The notes beneath the pieces are model-generated. The model saw only the letters and a program-made list of their open reading frames with translations, had not been told where the DNA came from and ran no database searches. A DNA stretch of 48,151 bases from Deltaproteobacteria bacterium. GTDB lineage: Bacteria > Desulfobacterota > GWC2-55-46 > UBA9637. The stretch covers positions 1 to 48,151 of the forward strand of contig JACQEJ010000096.1 in assembly GCA_016200645.1 (NCBI GenBank), given 5' to 3'. This document shows positions 7,199 through 16,300 of this stretch, piece by piece (the stretch's first letter is position 1; the number at the start of each line of letters is the position of its first letter). A program made the translations under genes and the position numbers.

Positions 7199-10100
7199 AT
7201 GCAGCACGCAAACTTTGTTCATCTGCACCTGCACACCCAGTACAGCCTTCTTGACGGCGCCATAAGGCATGACGATCTTTTCAAGCTCGCCAGGGAGTAT
7301 AAGATGCCTGCCCTTGCCATGACCGACCACGGCAATATGTTCGGCGCCATTGAATTCTATGAGAAGGCTTCGCATCATGGCATTAAGCCTATCATTGGGT
7401 GCGAGGTGTATGTTGCGCCGGGCAGCAGGTTTGACAGGACAGCAGGCCGCGGGAATAAAGAAGGGGCTGAATATGAGGGTTCCCATCATCTCATCCTTCT
7501 GGTAAAAAATATAAAGGGTTATAGGAATCTGTGCAGGCTGGCTACATCCGCCTATCTTGAGGGATTCTATTACAAGCCGAGGATAGATAAGGAGCTTCTC
7601 AAGGCAAATAGTGAGGGTCTTATTGCCCTCAGTTCCTGCCTCCACGGAGAAATCCCGCACCTTATCCTGAACGGCAACAAGGAAAAGGCGCTCAAAGCGG
7701 CGGATGAATACAAGGCAATTTTTAACAACAACAGATTTTATCTGGAGCTGCAGGATAATAAGCTCCCGGAACAAAAGAAGGTGAATGAGGGGCTTCTGGA
7801 GATCAGCAAAAAACTGGATGTCCCCATCGTTGCCACAAACGACTGCCATTATCTGAAGAGAGAAGAGGCAAAGGCGCACGATATTCTGATTTGCATACAG
7901 ACAGGAAAGACAGTAACTGCGACTGACAGGCTTAAGTTCAGGACAGATGAATTCTATTTTAAATCTCCGCAAGAGATGGAGACAGCCTTCAGCTCATATC
8001 CCGAGGCGATAAAGAACACCATCGAGATCGCCGAGAGATGCAATCTGGATTTCAAGCTTAAAGAGCATCACTTGCCTGTTTTTCCTGTGCCGGATGGCGA
8101 GGACATTGATATATTTTTTGAGAAACGGGCGCAGCACGGTTTGGAAAATAGATTAAGGGGTATGGAGCAAGCCGACCTGTCTGCCGAGACTCCGGCACAG
8201 GCAGGCCGTGTCGGCGTAAAAGATGACGGCAACACGGCTGCCTCGGTCCAAAAGTGGCGTTATTATGAAAGACTGGAAAAGGAGCTCAAGGTGATTAAGG
8301 CAATGGGGTTTTCAGGATACTTCCTCATTGTCGCCGATTTTATAGACTTTGCAAAAAAGGAAAACATACCGGTCGGCCCTGGAAGGGGCTCTGCAGCAGG
8401 CAGTCTTGTCGCCTATGCCCTCGGCATTACGAACCTTGACCCGATACAGCACAATCTCCTGTTTGAAAGATTTTTGAATCCTGACAGGATAAGCCTCCCT
8501 GATATTGATATAGATTTCTGCATTGAGGGGAGAGACGATGTCATACGATATGTTGCTGAGAAATACGGCAAGGATAATGTGAGCCAGATAATCACCTTCG
8601 GCCAGATGAAGGCAAAGGCGGTGATACGGGATGTGGGAAGGGCAATGGATATACCATACAGCGAGGTTGATAGGATTGCGAAGCTTGTCCCGAATATATT
8701 GAATATAACCATCGATGACGCCATGAGGCAGGAGCCCAGGCTGAAAGAGCTGAGCGATAAGGACGCAAGGATTAAGGAGCTGATGGATATTGCAAAAACC
8801 CTTGAAGGTCTTCCCCGTCACGCATCAACCCACGCCGCAGGCGTTGTGATATCTAATAAGCCTTTGATAGAATATCTGCCGCTTTACAAGGCCCCCAAGG
8901 AAGAAGTGGTGACAACCCAGTATGCCATGAAGGATGTGGAGAAGATAGGGCTTGTCAAATTTGACTTCCTCGGCTTGAAAACCTTGACTGTTATAGACAG
9001 GGTAGTAAAACTTTTAAAGCAGAAAGGCATAGAACTTGATATAGAAAATGTAAGGCTTGACGATACCGAGACATACAAGCTCTTGAGTTCCGGCAACACC
9101 AACGGCATATTCCAGCTTGAAAGCTCAGGCATAAAGGAGCTCCTCCGGAAGCTCAAGCCTTCAGACTTCGAAGACATTATGTCCGTTGTCGCCCTGTACA
9201 GGCCTGGCCCGCTGCAGAGCGGCATGGTGGATGATTTTATAAAGAGGAAGCACGGCAAGGCGGCCATTAAATATGAACTGCCGCAATTAAAAGAGATGCT
9301 GGCTAATACATACGGCGTTATTGTTTATCAGGAGCAGGTCATGGAAATCGCCAAGGTCCTCGCAGGCTTCAGCCCCGGCGACGCCGATGTGCTGCGAAAG
9401 GCGATGGGAAAAAAGCTTCCCGAAGAGATGGTTGTTCAGAGGGAGAGATTTATTGAAGGCGCCAAGAAAAACAAGGTGGAGCAGAAGAAGGCGGAAAAGA
9501 TTTTTGACCTCATGGCAAATTTTGCCGGCTATGGATTCAACAAATCCCACAGCGCGGCGTATGCGCTCATCGCGTATCAGACCGCGTATCTTAAGGCGCA
9601 TTATCCTGTGGAGTTTATGGCAGCGCTTTTAACTGCCGATATGGGCAATACGGATAATGTCATAAAATATATCGGCGAGTGCCGTGAAATGGCAATTGAG
9701 ATACTGCCGCCGGATGTCAATGAAAGCAGGATGGACTTTACGGTCACCTCCCCCTCTATCCCCCTCGTGGAGGGGGACAGGGGGAGGATACGATTCGGTC
9801 TGGCTGCGGTGAAGAATGTTGGAAGCGCTGCCATAGATGTGATATTAAAAGCAAGGAAAGATGGAGGGCCGTTTGCATCCATAGTGGATTTTTGCACAAA
9901 GGTTGACCTCCGAAAGGTAAACAGGCGGGTTATAGAAAGCCTTATCAAGTGCGGGGCGTTTGATTCTTTAGGCGCGAAAAGGGCCCGGCTTATGGCATCC
10001 ATAGATAAGGTGATGGATATATCGCAGGCGACGCAGAGAGAGAGGGAGAATGGCCAGATAAGCATTTTTCAAACAATCGGGGGCGGGAACAGCGGAACGG

Positions 10101-10774
10101 CAACCATAGAGCTTCCTCAAACAGAAGAATGGCACGATGCCCAGCTTTTGAGCTATGAGAAAGAAGCGCTCGGTTTTTATATCACCGGACATCCTCTGGA
10201 AAAATATGCGGAAGAGCTGAAGCATCTGGCAAACACCGACACTGATGGGATAAAAGAAAGGCAAGACGATGCAGAGGTGAGCATTGCCGGTATGGTAACG
10301 GCGGTGAAAGAGATAAATACAAAAAAAGGGGACCGGATGGCATTTATCACACTGGAAGATCTTAAGGGTTTTGTTGAGGTGATTGTATTTTCTGATGTGT
10401 ATAAAAATACCGCGCCCTATTTGAGCAGTGAGGCGCCTGTTGTCATAAAAGGCAAGATTGATAAAGGCGAGGAGGATGTAAAAATTATTGCACATACCGT
10501 CTATCCTCTGGAGCAGGCAAAGACAATGATTGTGAATGTTGCTCATATTAAAGCAGATGCGGCAAGACTCGAAACAGTTTCTCTGGAAAAGATAAAAGGG
10601 GTTCTGAGCGCGCATGCAGGCAGCTGTCCTGTATATATTCATCTTGTATGGAGCGACAGGGAAGTGGTGATTGCCGTCCCCGATAAACTCAGGGTTGCTC
10701 CTTCTGAAAAATTTATAAAGGATATCGAAATGCTTCTGGGGGACGGAAGCGTTGTTGTAAATGCAAAATTGTAA
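7199..10774 (+). CDS. dnaE: DNA polymerase III alpha subunit
   Basis: PHP motif FVHLHLHTQYSLLDG, pol III alpha core motifs, C-terminal OB region; 1191 aa. Confidence 0.95.
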   Translation: MQHANFVHLHLHTQYSLLDGAIRHDDLFKLAREYKMPALAMTDHGNMFGAIEFYEKASHHGIKPIIGCEVYVAPGSRFDRTAGRGNKEGAEYEGSHHLILLVKNIKGYRNLCRLATSAYLEGFYYKPRIDKELLKANSEGLIALSSCLHGEIPHLILNGNKEKALKAADEYKAIFNNNRFYLELQDNKLPEQKKVNEGLLEISKKLDVPIVATNDCHYLKREEAKAHDILICIQTGKTVTATDRLKFRTDEFYFKSPQEMETAFSSYPEAIKNTIEIAERCNLDFKLKEHHLPVFPVPDGEDIDIFFEKRAQHGLENRLRGMEQADLSAETPAQAGRVGVKDDGNTAASVQKWRYYERLEKELKVIKAMGFSGYFLIVADFIDFAKKENIPVGPGRGSAAGSLVAYALGITNLDPIQHNLLFERFLNPDRISLPDIDIDFCIEGRDDVIRYVAEKYGKDNVSQIITFGQMKAKAVIRDVGRAMDIPYSEVDRIAKLVPNILNITIDDAMRQEPRLKELSDKDARIKELMDIAKTLEGLPRHASTHAAGVVISNKPLIEYLPLYKAPKEEVVTTQYAMKDVEKIGLVKFDFLGLKTLTVIDRVVKLLKQKGIELDIENVRLDDTETYKLLSSGNTNGIFQLESSGIKELLRKLKPSDFEDIMSVVALYRPGPLQSGMVDDFIKRKHGKAAIKYELPQLKEMLANTYGVIVYQEQVMEIAKVLAGFSPGDADVLRKAMGKKLPEEMVVQRERFIEGAKKNKVEQKKAEKIFDLMANFAGYGFNKSHSAAYALIAYQTAYLKAHYPVEFMAALLTADMGNTDNVIKYIGECREMAIEILPPDVNESRMDFTVTSPSIPLVEGDRGRIRFGLAAVKNVGSAAIDVILKARKDGGPFASIVDFCTKVDLRKVNRRVIESLIKCGAFDSLGAKRARLMASIDKVMDISQATQRERENGQISIFQTIGGGNSGTATIELPQTEEWHDAQLLSYEKEALGFYITGHPLEKYAEELKHLANTDTDGIKERQDDAEVSIAGMVTAVKEINTKKGDRMAFITLEDLKGFVEVIVFSDVYKNTAPYLSSEAPVVIKGKIDKGEEDVKIIAHTVYPLEQAKTMIVNVAHIKADAARLETVSLEKIKGVLSAHAGSCPVYIHLVWSDREVVIAVPDKLRVAPSEKFIKDIEMLLGDGSVVVNAKL
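9747..9787. repeat. Palindromic element family P2 (CCCCCTCGTG core), in frame inside dnaE
   Basis: cctccccctctatccccctcgtggagggggacagggggagg. Encodes TSPSIPLVEGDRGR just before the conserved IRFGLAAVKNVG. Confidence 0.8.
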
Positions 10775-10775
10775 A

Positions 10776-10880
10776 CCCCCACACCTTGACCCCCACACCA
10801 AAGATTTTGGTGTGGGGGCAAGGAAGAAAAGAAGTAACCCTGCGCCAAGAGCGCAGGGCATTCCCAACAAGGTGTGGGGG
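10776..10880. repeat. Nested structured element after the dnaE stop: outer stem enclosing a P1 palindrome and a GC hairpin
   Basis: Outer arms cccccacaccttg (10776-10788) and caaggtgtggggg (10868-10880). Inner P1 palindrome 10790-10818. Hairpin ccctgcgc/gcgcaggg 10838-10858. Confidence 0.85.
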
Positions 10881-10892
10881 TAAATTGAATGG

Positions 10893-10968
10893 CAAAAAGG
10901 TAAAAAGACGAAAAGACGAAAAGGTGAAACCTGTTAGTCTGTTAACCTCTTAACCTTTTAACCTTCTT
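10893..10968. repeat. Intergenic word-repeat element (AAAAGACG/AAAAGGTG words, then GTTAACC/TTAACC words)
   Basis: aaaaaggtaaaaagacgaaaagacgaaaaggtgaaa..gttaacctcttaaccttttaacc. Shares words with 27419-27512 in inverted orientation. Confidence 0.7.
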
Positions 10969-10992
10969 TTGAACATGAAACGGAGTGACAAG

Positions 10993-11961
10993 ATGGCGCT
11001 TCAACAATTTTTGGAATTTGAAAAACCGGTGGTTGAGTTGGAAAAGAAGATAGAAGAGCTCAAGCAGGCAGCCTTGGATACAAAGGTTGATAACAGCCAT
11101 GAGATAGAAAGGCTGAGCCAAAATGCAATGCGGCTTCAGGAGGAGATATTCTCAAATCTTACGCCGTGGCAGATAACGCAGCTTGCCAGGCATCCGCTTA
11201 GGCCATATACGTTGGATTATACGCCGCGTCTGTTTAAAGATTTTATTGAACTGCATGGCGACAGAAATTTTCGGGACGACCCTGCTATAGTCGGCGGCCT
11301 TGCGATGCTTGAAAATGAGCCTGTCATGGTTATAGGCCACCAAAAGGGGAGAACGACAAAGGAAAAAGTCTTCAGAAATTTCGGCATGCCCAATCCCGAA
11401 GGTTACCGCAAGGCTGTCCGGCTTATGAGCATGGCGGAGCGTCTCAAAAAGCCGATAATAACATTCATAGACACACCTGGCGCATTTCCGGGCATAGGCG
11501 CAGAGGAGCGCGGCCAGGCAGAGGCGATTGCCAAAAATCTTATGGTTATGTCAAGGCTTAAGGTGCCTATAATTGTTGTTGTTATAGGCGAAGGCGGCAG
11601 CGGCGGCGCGCTGGCCATCGGTGTCGGAGACCGAATTTTAATGCTGGAATATGCCACCTATTCGGTGATATCACCTGAAGGGTGCGCTGCAATACTATGG
11701 AAAGACGTAAGCAAGGCGGATGTTGCGGCAAAAGCGCTCAAGATAACAGCGAAAGACCTTCATAAGCTTGGGATCATTGATGAGGTGGTGAAAGAACCCC
11801 TTGGCGGCGCGCATCAGAGTATAGATGCAATGGCAATAACCATGAAAGAGGCTCTTGTGAGGTCGCTTCAGGATTTAAAGAAGTTTTCTCAGGATGAATT
11901 GCTGGAAATGAGGTATAAGAAATATAGGGAGATAGGAAAGTTTCAGGAAATTAGCTCATAG
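10993..11961 (+). CDS. accA: Acetyl-CoA carboxylase carboxyltransferase alpha subunit
   Basis: [18 protein letters not shown]-terminus, IDTPGAFPG and [10 protein letters not shown] motifs. ATG at 10993 with GGAG 7 nt upstream is preferred over the TTG at 10969. Confidence 0.9.
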   Translation: MALQQFLEFEKPVVELEKKIEELKQAALDTKVDNSHEIERLSQNAMRLQEEIFSNLTPWQITQLARHPLRPYTLDYTPRLFKDFIELHGDRNFRDDPAIVGGLAMLENEPVMVIGHQKGRTTKEKVFRNFGMPNPEGYRKAVRLMSMAERLKKPIITFIDTPGAFPGIGAEERGQAEAIAKNLMVMSRLKVPIIVVVIGEGGSGGALAIGVGDRILMLEYATYSVISPEGCAAILWKDVSKADVAAKALKITAKDLHKLGIIDEVVKEPLGGAHQSIDAMAITMKEALVRSLQDLKKFSQDELLEMRYKKYREIGKFQEISS

Positions 11962-12026
11962 CTCATGGCTCATAGCTGATAGTTTATAGTTTTTTACTAT
12001 GAGCCACGAGCTATCAGCCATGAGCT
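11953..12026. repeat. Intergenic mirrored heptamer hairpin (GCTCATA words), overlaps the accA stop
   Basis: Left arm agctcatagctcatggctcatagctgatag, loop ttttt, right arm actatgagccacgagctatcagccatgagct. Confidence 0.85.
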
Positions 12027-12039
12027 GTTCTTAATAACT

Positions 12040-14211
12040 ATGGACGACTTAAAAAAAATAACAGAACTCAGGGCAAAGATAGATGTCATTGACGACAAGA
12101 TTCTGGACCTCCTGAATAAGAGAGCGCGTCTTGTCATTGAGGTTGGCAAGGAAAAGGTAGAGGGGAAAAGGGATTTTTATGCGCCTGAAAGAGAAAAGGA
12201 GATATACAAAAGGTTGACCGGGAAGAATCCCGGGCCTTTTCCCAATCAAGCGTTAAAGAATGTATTCAGGGAGATTATGTCCGCTTCCCTTTCCCTGGAA
12301 CGACCTTTAAAGGCTAGTTATTTCGGTCCAAAGGCCACCTTTACCCATCAGGCGTGTATGGAGTATTTTGGCCTTTCCGCAGAATTTGTCCCTGAAAAGG
12401 ATATTGCAGATGTGTTTGAAGATGTGGAGAGGGGGAAGACAGATTTTGGCGTGGTGCCTATAGAAAATACCATAGAAGGGGTTGTAAGCCATACCATTGA
12501 CATGTTCGTAACCTCTGATATAAAGATATGCGGGGAGATAATTATGGAGGTATCCCTTTCCCTTTTAAATAAAACCGGCAGGATTGAAGATGTAAAAAAG
12601 ATATGTTCCTACCCCCATGCCATCGCTGAGTGTAGAGAGTGGCTCAGGGAGCATGTTCCGGATATTCCGGTTTTTGATGTGTCTTCAACGGCAATGGCTG
12701 CACAGACCGCAAGCGAAGATCCGTCAGCCGCTGCCATTGCCAGTGAATTTGCGGCAGCCATCTATGATCTGCAGGTTGTTGAAAGAAAGATAGAAGACCA
12801 TACAAATAATTTTACGAGATTTCTTGTTATCGGGAAGAAAAGCCCTGAAAGAAGCGGCGATGACAAGACATCTATCATGTTTGCAGTAAAGGATGTCCCT
12901 GGCGCGCTGTACAGGATTCTTAAACCATTTGCAGAAAAAGGGATAAATCTTACCAAGATTGAATCCAGGCCGCAAAAGGGCAAGGCATGGGAATATATAT
13001 TCTTTGCGGATATGGACGGCCATGTCTCGGACAGCAAGGTGTCCGATGCGCTCAAGGAGCTTGAGGCGCAGTGTTCTTTTATGAAGATACTGGAGGCCTT
13101 AGTTCCATATCCGCCTGGCAAGCCTATGGAAGAGCTTGAGAGGGAGTTGGGGATAAAAAATTCCATCAAACTTGCGTCCAATGAAAACCCGCTTGGGCCT
13201 TCGCCTAAGGCTGTGGAGGCTGTGGCAAAGGCGCTCAAAAATCTCCACAGGTATCCTGATGGCGGATGTTATTATCTCAAGGAAAAGCTGGCTCAGCGTC
13301 TCAAGGTGAAGCCGGAGAATCTCATCATCGGCAACGGCTCCAATGAAATCATTGAGCTTGTCATCAGGACATTTTTAAGACCGGGCGATGAGGCGGTCAT
13401 GGGCAACCCGTCGTTTGCCGTATATCCGCTGGTTGTGCCTGCGGCAGGCGGAAAGAGCGTGCTCGTGCCTTTAAAAAATCTGACCCACGATTTGGATGCA
13501 ATGTTTGACGCGATAACGGAAAATACAAAATTGGTATTCATTGCAAACCCGAACAATCCCACAGGCACAATGAATACCAAGGCGCAGCTTGATAAATTTA
13601 TCGGCAGGTTGCGTAACGATATAATCCTTATTCTGGATGAGGCGTATTATGAATTTGTTACGGATAAGGATTTCCCCGCTTCTTTGGATTATTTAAACAG
13701 CGGCAAGAATATTGTGATACTCAGGACATTTTCAAAGATTTACGGCCTCGCAGGTTTGCGCGTAGGCTACGGCATTGCGCCTGAAAAGCTCAACTTTTAC
13801 ATGAATAAGGTGCGGCAGCCCTTTAATGTAAACAGCCTCGCCCAGATTGCTGCGATGGCTGCCTTGGATGATGACGAGCATCTAAAAAGGTCTCAGCGAA
13901 ATAACAGGGAAGGGCTTGCGTATCTCTTTGGAGAGTTAAAGGCAATGGGGCTTGAGTGCGTGCCTACGCAGGCGAATTTCTTTCTTATCAAGGTGGGCAA
14001 AGGCAAAGATGTTTACCCCCACACCAAAAATTTTGGTGTGGGGGTTTACGATGCGCTTTTAAGACAGGGCGTGATTGTCCGACCGATGGCAAGTTACGGC
14101 CTCGGCGAATACATCCGCGTTACCGTGGGACTGCCTGAGGAGAATAAGAGGTTTGTGGAGGCATTGAAAAAGACAGTAAACAGTAGACAGGAAAAAGATG
14201 GTAGAGGGTAG
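12040..14211 (+). CDS. pheA: Fusion protein: chorismate mutase / prephenate dehydratase / ACT domain + histidinol-phosphate/aromatic aminotransferase (HisC-like)
   Basis: CM helix LRAKIDVIDDKILDLLNKRA. PDT motif YFGPKATFTHQA. ACT motif TSIMFAVKDVPGALYRIL. Then LVPYPPGKP..KLASNENPLGPSP and FSKIYGLAGLRVGY (PLP-lysine motif) with no intervening stop; 723 aa. Confidence 0.85.
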   Translation: MDDLKKITELRAKIDVIDDKILDLLNKRARLVIEVGKEKVEGKRDFYAPEREKEIYKRLTGKNPGPFPNQALKNVFREIMSASLSLERPLKASYFGPKATFTHQACMEYFGLSAEFVPEKDIADVFEDVERGKTDFGVVPIENTIEGVVSHTIDMFVTSDIKICGEIIMEVSLSLLNKTGRIEDVKKICSYPHAIAECREWLREHVPDIPVFDVSSTAMAAQTASEDPSAAAIASEFAAAIYDLQVVERKIEDHTNNFTRFLVIGKKSPERSGDDKTSIMFAVKDVPGALYRILKPFAEKGINLTKIESRPQKGKAWEYIFFADMDGHVSDSKVSDALKELEAQCSFMKILEALVPYPPGKPMEELERELGIKNSIKLASNENPLGPSPKAVEAVAKALKNLHRYPDGGCYYLKEKLAQRLKVKPENLIIGNGSNEIIELVIRTFLRPGDEAVMGNPSFAVYPLVVPAAGGKSVLVPLKNLTHDLDAMFDAITENTKLVFIANPNNPTGTMNTKAQLDKFIGRLRNDIILILDEAYYEFVTDKDFPASLDYLNSGKNIVILRTFSKIYGLAGLRVGYGIAPEKLNFYMNKVRQPFNVNSLAQIAAMAALDDDEHLKRSQRNNREGLAYLFGELKAMGLECVPTQANFFLIKVGKGKDVYPHTKNFGVGVYDALLRQGVIVRPMASYGLGEYIRVTVGLPEENKRFVEALKKTVNSRQEKDGRG
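14016..14044. repeat. Palindromic element family P1, in frame inside the aminotransferase part of the fusion gene
   Basis: cccccacaccaaaaattttggtgtggggg, again flanked by gtttac on both sides. Encodes YPHTKNFGVGVY. Confidence 0.9.
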
Positions 14212-14291
14212 AAGGTAGATGGTAGAAAGAAAATCTTTTGTTTCTCCTGTCTACCTTCTACTACCTACTCTCTACTTCCTACTGCCTACTT
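14181..14291. repeat. Mirrored heptamer hairpin (GTAGAAG words), covers the fusion gene's 3' end and the spacer
   Basis: Left arm ggtagagggtagaaggtagatggtagaaag, right arm ctgtctaccttctactacctactctctacttcctactgcctac. Confidence 0.85.
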
Positions 14292-14309
14292 TCACTTAAG
14301 GGGGGGTTT

Positions 14310-15323
14310 ATGATTATCGTTTTAAGGCCGGATGCAACCAAGGAGCAGATTGACCATCTCATTGAAAAGATAAAAGACCTTGGCTTGTCAGTGCATATAT
14401 CAAAAGGAAAGGAAAGGACTATCATGGGCGTTATAGGCGATGAGTCGCTGTTGGAAGGCGCTCCGTTGGCAGTCTTGCCAGGCGTGGAAAATGTAATGCC
14501 CATATTAAAACCGTATAAGCTGGTCAGCAGAGAATTTCGAAAAGAGGATACTGTAATAGAAGTGGATGGAGTTAAGATTGGAGGGAAAGAGATCCAGGTA
14601 ATTGCAGGACCCTGCAGCATAGAAACGAGAGAACTTTTATTTGATGCTGCAAAAAAGGTAAAGAGGGCGGGGGCGAGGTTACTTCGGGGGGGCGCTTTTA
14701 AACCGAGGACATCTCCGTATGCATTTCAGGGGCTTGGGGAAGAGGGGTTGAAATACCTTGCAGAGGCAAGAAAAAAGACAGGAATGCCCGTTGTGACGGA
14801 ACTTATGGATCCGCGGGATATTGACATTATCTATGAGAATACCGACATAATTCAGATTGGCGCAAGAAATATGCAGAATTTCAGATTGCTGACAGAGGTG
14901 GGTAAATTGGATAAACCCGTGCTTCTAAAGAGGGGTTTGTCCGCAACAATAAAGGAGTTTTTGATGTCCGCAGAGTATATTGCGGCAGAGGGCAATCATA
15001 AAATAATACTTTGTGAAAGGGGCATAAGGACATTTGAAACAGCGGTTCGGAACACCCTTGATTTAAGCGCAGTGCCTGTGCTGAAAGAGGAAACACATCT
15101 TCCTGTTATTGTAGACCCGAGCCATGCTGTGGGAAGATGGGATCTTGTAGCTCCTCTGGCAAAGGCCGCAATAGCCGTGGGCGCGGACGGCCTCATGATA
15201 GAGGTTCATTCTGACCCTGAAAATGCCCTCTGCGACGGGGCGCAGTCTTTGAAGCCTGATAAATTCGCGAGCCTGATGAAAGAACTTAAAAAGGTGGCTG
15301 AGGCAATTGGAAGGACGATGTAG
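14310..15323 (+). CDS. aroF: 3-deoxy-7-phosphoheptulonate (DAHP) synthase, type I-beta with N-terminal ferredoxin-like regulatory domain
   Basis: [26 protein letters not shown]-domain, then [14 protein letters not shown] and DPSHA motifs. The ATG at 14310 is preferred because the longer ORF start (14238) lies inside the repeat hairpin. Confidence 0.85.
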   Translation: MIIVLRPDATKEQIDHLIEKIKDLGLSVHISKGKERTIMGVIGDESLLEGAPLAVLPGVENVMPILKPYKLVSREFRKEDTVIEVDGVKIGGKEIQVIAGPCSIETRELLFDAAKKVKRAGARLLRGGAFKPRTSPYAFQGLGEEGLKYLAEARKKTGMPVVTELMDPRDIDIIYENTDIIQIGARNMQNFRLLTEVGKLDKPVLLKRGLSATIKEFLMSAEYIAAEGNHKIILCERGIRTFETAVRNTLDLSAVPVLKEETHLPVIVDPSHAVGRWDLVAPLAKAAIAVGADGLMIEVHSDPENALCDGAQSLKPDKFASLMKELKKVAEAIGRTM

Positions 15324-16226
15324 ATGAAAGGGGCAAGGGGCAAGGGGCAAGGGGCAGGAGAAATACACTTTAATAAAGTTGCCATAATCGGCGTTGGTCT
15401 TATCGGCGGGTCCCTTGCGATTATTTTGAGAGAAAAGGGAATTGCAAAAAATATTGTCGGCATCGGCAGGGGGCTGAAAAATCTTGAGACTGCAAAAAAA
15501 CTCGGTGTTATTGATTCATACACGCAGGATGCAAGGGAGGGCGTCCGGGACGCAGACCTTGTTGTGGCTGCAATACCTGTTGCAGGTATTGCAAAGGTTA
15601 TAAAAGAAGCGCTGCCTTTGCTCAAGAAAGGCGCAATAGTCACAGATGTCGGGAGCGTCAAGAAAAACATTGTCGATGAAGTAGAAAAAATCCTTCCTGA
15701 TACAATTCATTTTGTCGGAGGCCATCCTATTGCGGGCACTGAGAATGCAGGCGTTGAGGCTGCATTTTCCACACTCTTCCAGAATAAGAGATGCATACTC
15801 ACACCTACCAAAAAAACGAATAAAGCCGCTTTGGGGAAGGTAAAAAAACTGTGGGAGATTGCAGGCTCTGAAGTAATCGTCATGGATGCGGAAAAGCACG
15901 ACAAAATCCTTGCCGCTGTAAGTCATCTGCCCCATGTTGTCGCCTATTCACTCGTGAACACCGTAAGCAACATAAATGATTTTAATGAAAGCATTATAAA
16001 ATATTCAGCAGGCGGTTTTAAGGATTTTACCCGCATTGCCTCAAGCCCGCCTGAGATGTGGCGGGACATCTGCCTTTTGAACAAAGACGCGATACTTGAT
16101 GTTGTCCTAAGATTTCAGAAGACGCTTAAAGGGCTGGAGGAGATGATAAAAGACAGCGATGGAGAGGGGCTTCAAAAGGAATTTGAAAAGGCAAAGGCAG
16201 TAAGGGATGGGTTGAAGAAGGGGTAG
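15324..16226 (+). CDS. tyrA: Prephenate dehydrogenase
   Basis: VAIIGVGLIGGS Rossmann motif and HPIAGTE motif. The N-terminal 11 codons are repeat-encoded. Confidence 0.85.
   Translation: MKGARGKGQGAGEIHFNKVAIIGVGLIGGSLAIILREKGIAKNIVGIGRGLKNLETAKKLGVIDSYTQDAREGVRDADLVVAAIPVAGIAKVIKEALPLLKKGAIVTDVGSVKKNIVDEVEKILPDTIHFVGGHPIAGTENAGVEAAFSTLFQNKRCILTPTKKTNKAALGKVKKLWEIAGSEVIVMDAEKHDKILAAVSHLPHVVAYSLVNTVSNINDFNESIIKYSAGGFKDFTRIASSPPEMWRDICLLNKDAILDVVLRFQKTLKGLEEMIKDSDGEGLQKEFEKAKAVRDGLKKG
15328..15358. repeat. In-frame AAGGGGC heptamer tract at the tyrA 5' end
   Basis: aaggggcaaggggcaaggggcaaggggcagg. Encodes [11 protein letters not shown] directly after the start codon. Confidence 0.9.
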
Positions 16227-16232
16227 GAGTTG
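16110..16232 (+). repeat. Direct repeat, left copy (authentic tyrA 3' end)
   Basis: 123 nt that recur at 17063-17185 with about 5 mismatches (aligned by eye). Confidence 0.9.
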
Positions 16233-16300
16233 CCTTCAGATTGATTAGCACGATAACGATGTGGTAATCTTTACTTTACCGGTATTTAAAAAGGTATCCT

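Noticed and set aside
7190-7972. Long antisense ORFs in the six-frame track. Examples: 7190-7972, 8312-8821, 9968-10870, 12762-13238, 15206-15670, 20589-21182, 23516-24238, 33886-34482, 43732-44220 and 47156-47752.
   Set aside because: Each lies entirely opposite a confidently identified conserved gene (dnaE, pheA::hisC, tyrA, aroA, pheT, kinase, permease, sat). They have no recognisable motifs and biased low-complexity composition, so they are shadow ORFs.
8170-8215. Possible additional palindromic insertion in dnaE (gccgacctgtctgccgagactccggcacaggcaggccgtgtcggc).
   Set aside because: Only the ends (gccgac/gtcggc) and a partial internal match pair. It does not match families P1-P3 and I cannot show it is an insertion without an alignment.
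13075-13110. pheA::hisC junction as a sequencing frameshift or pseudogene.
   Set aside because: There is no stop in the frame, and both halves retain intact catalytic motifs. The junction trims the usual PheA C-terminus and HisC N-terminus cleanly. It is kept as a genuine fusion pending read-level confirmation.
14238-14309. Upstream extensions of ORFs into repeat hairpins: 14238 for DAHP synthase, 44410 for usp, 27751 for rpmI, 10969 for accA, 41644 for the radical-SAM-like gene.
   Set aside because: The extra codons are encoded by repeat arms and translate to low-complexity peptides. The conserved protein N-termini begin at the downstream ATGs, several of which have better RBS spacing.
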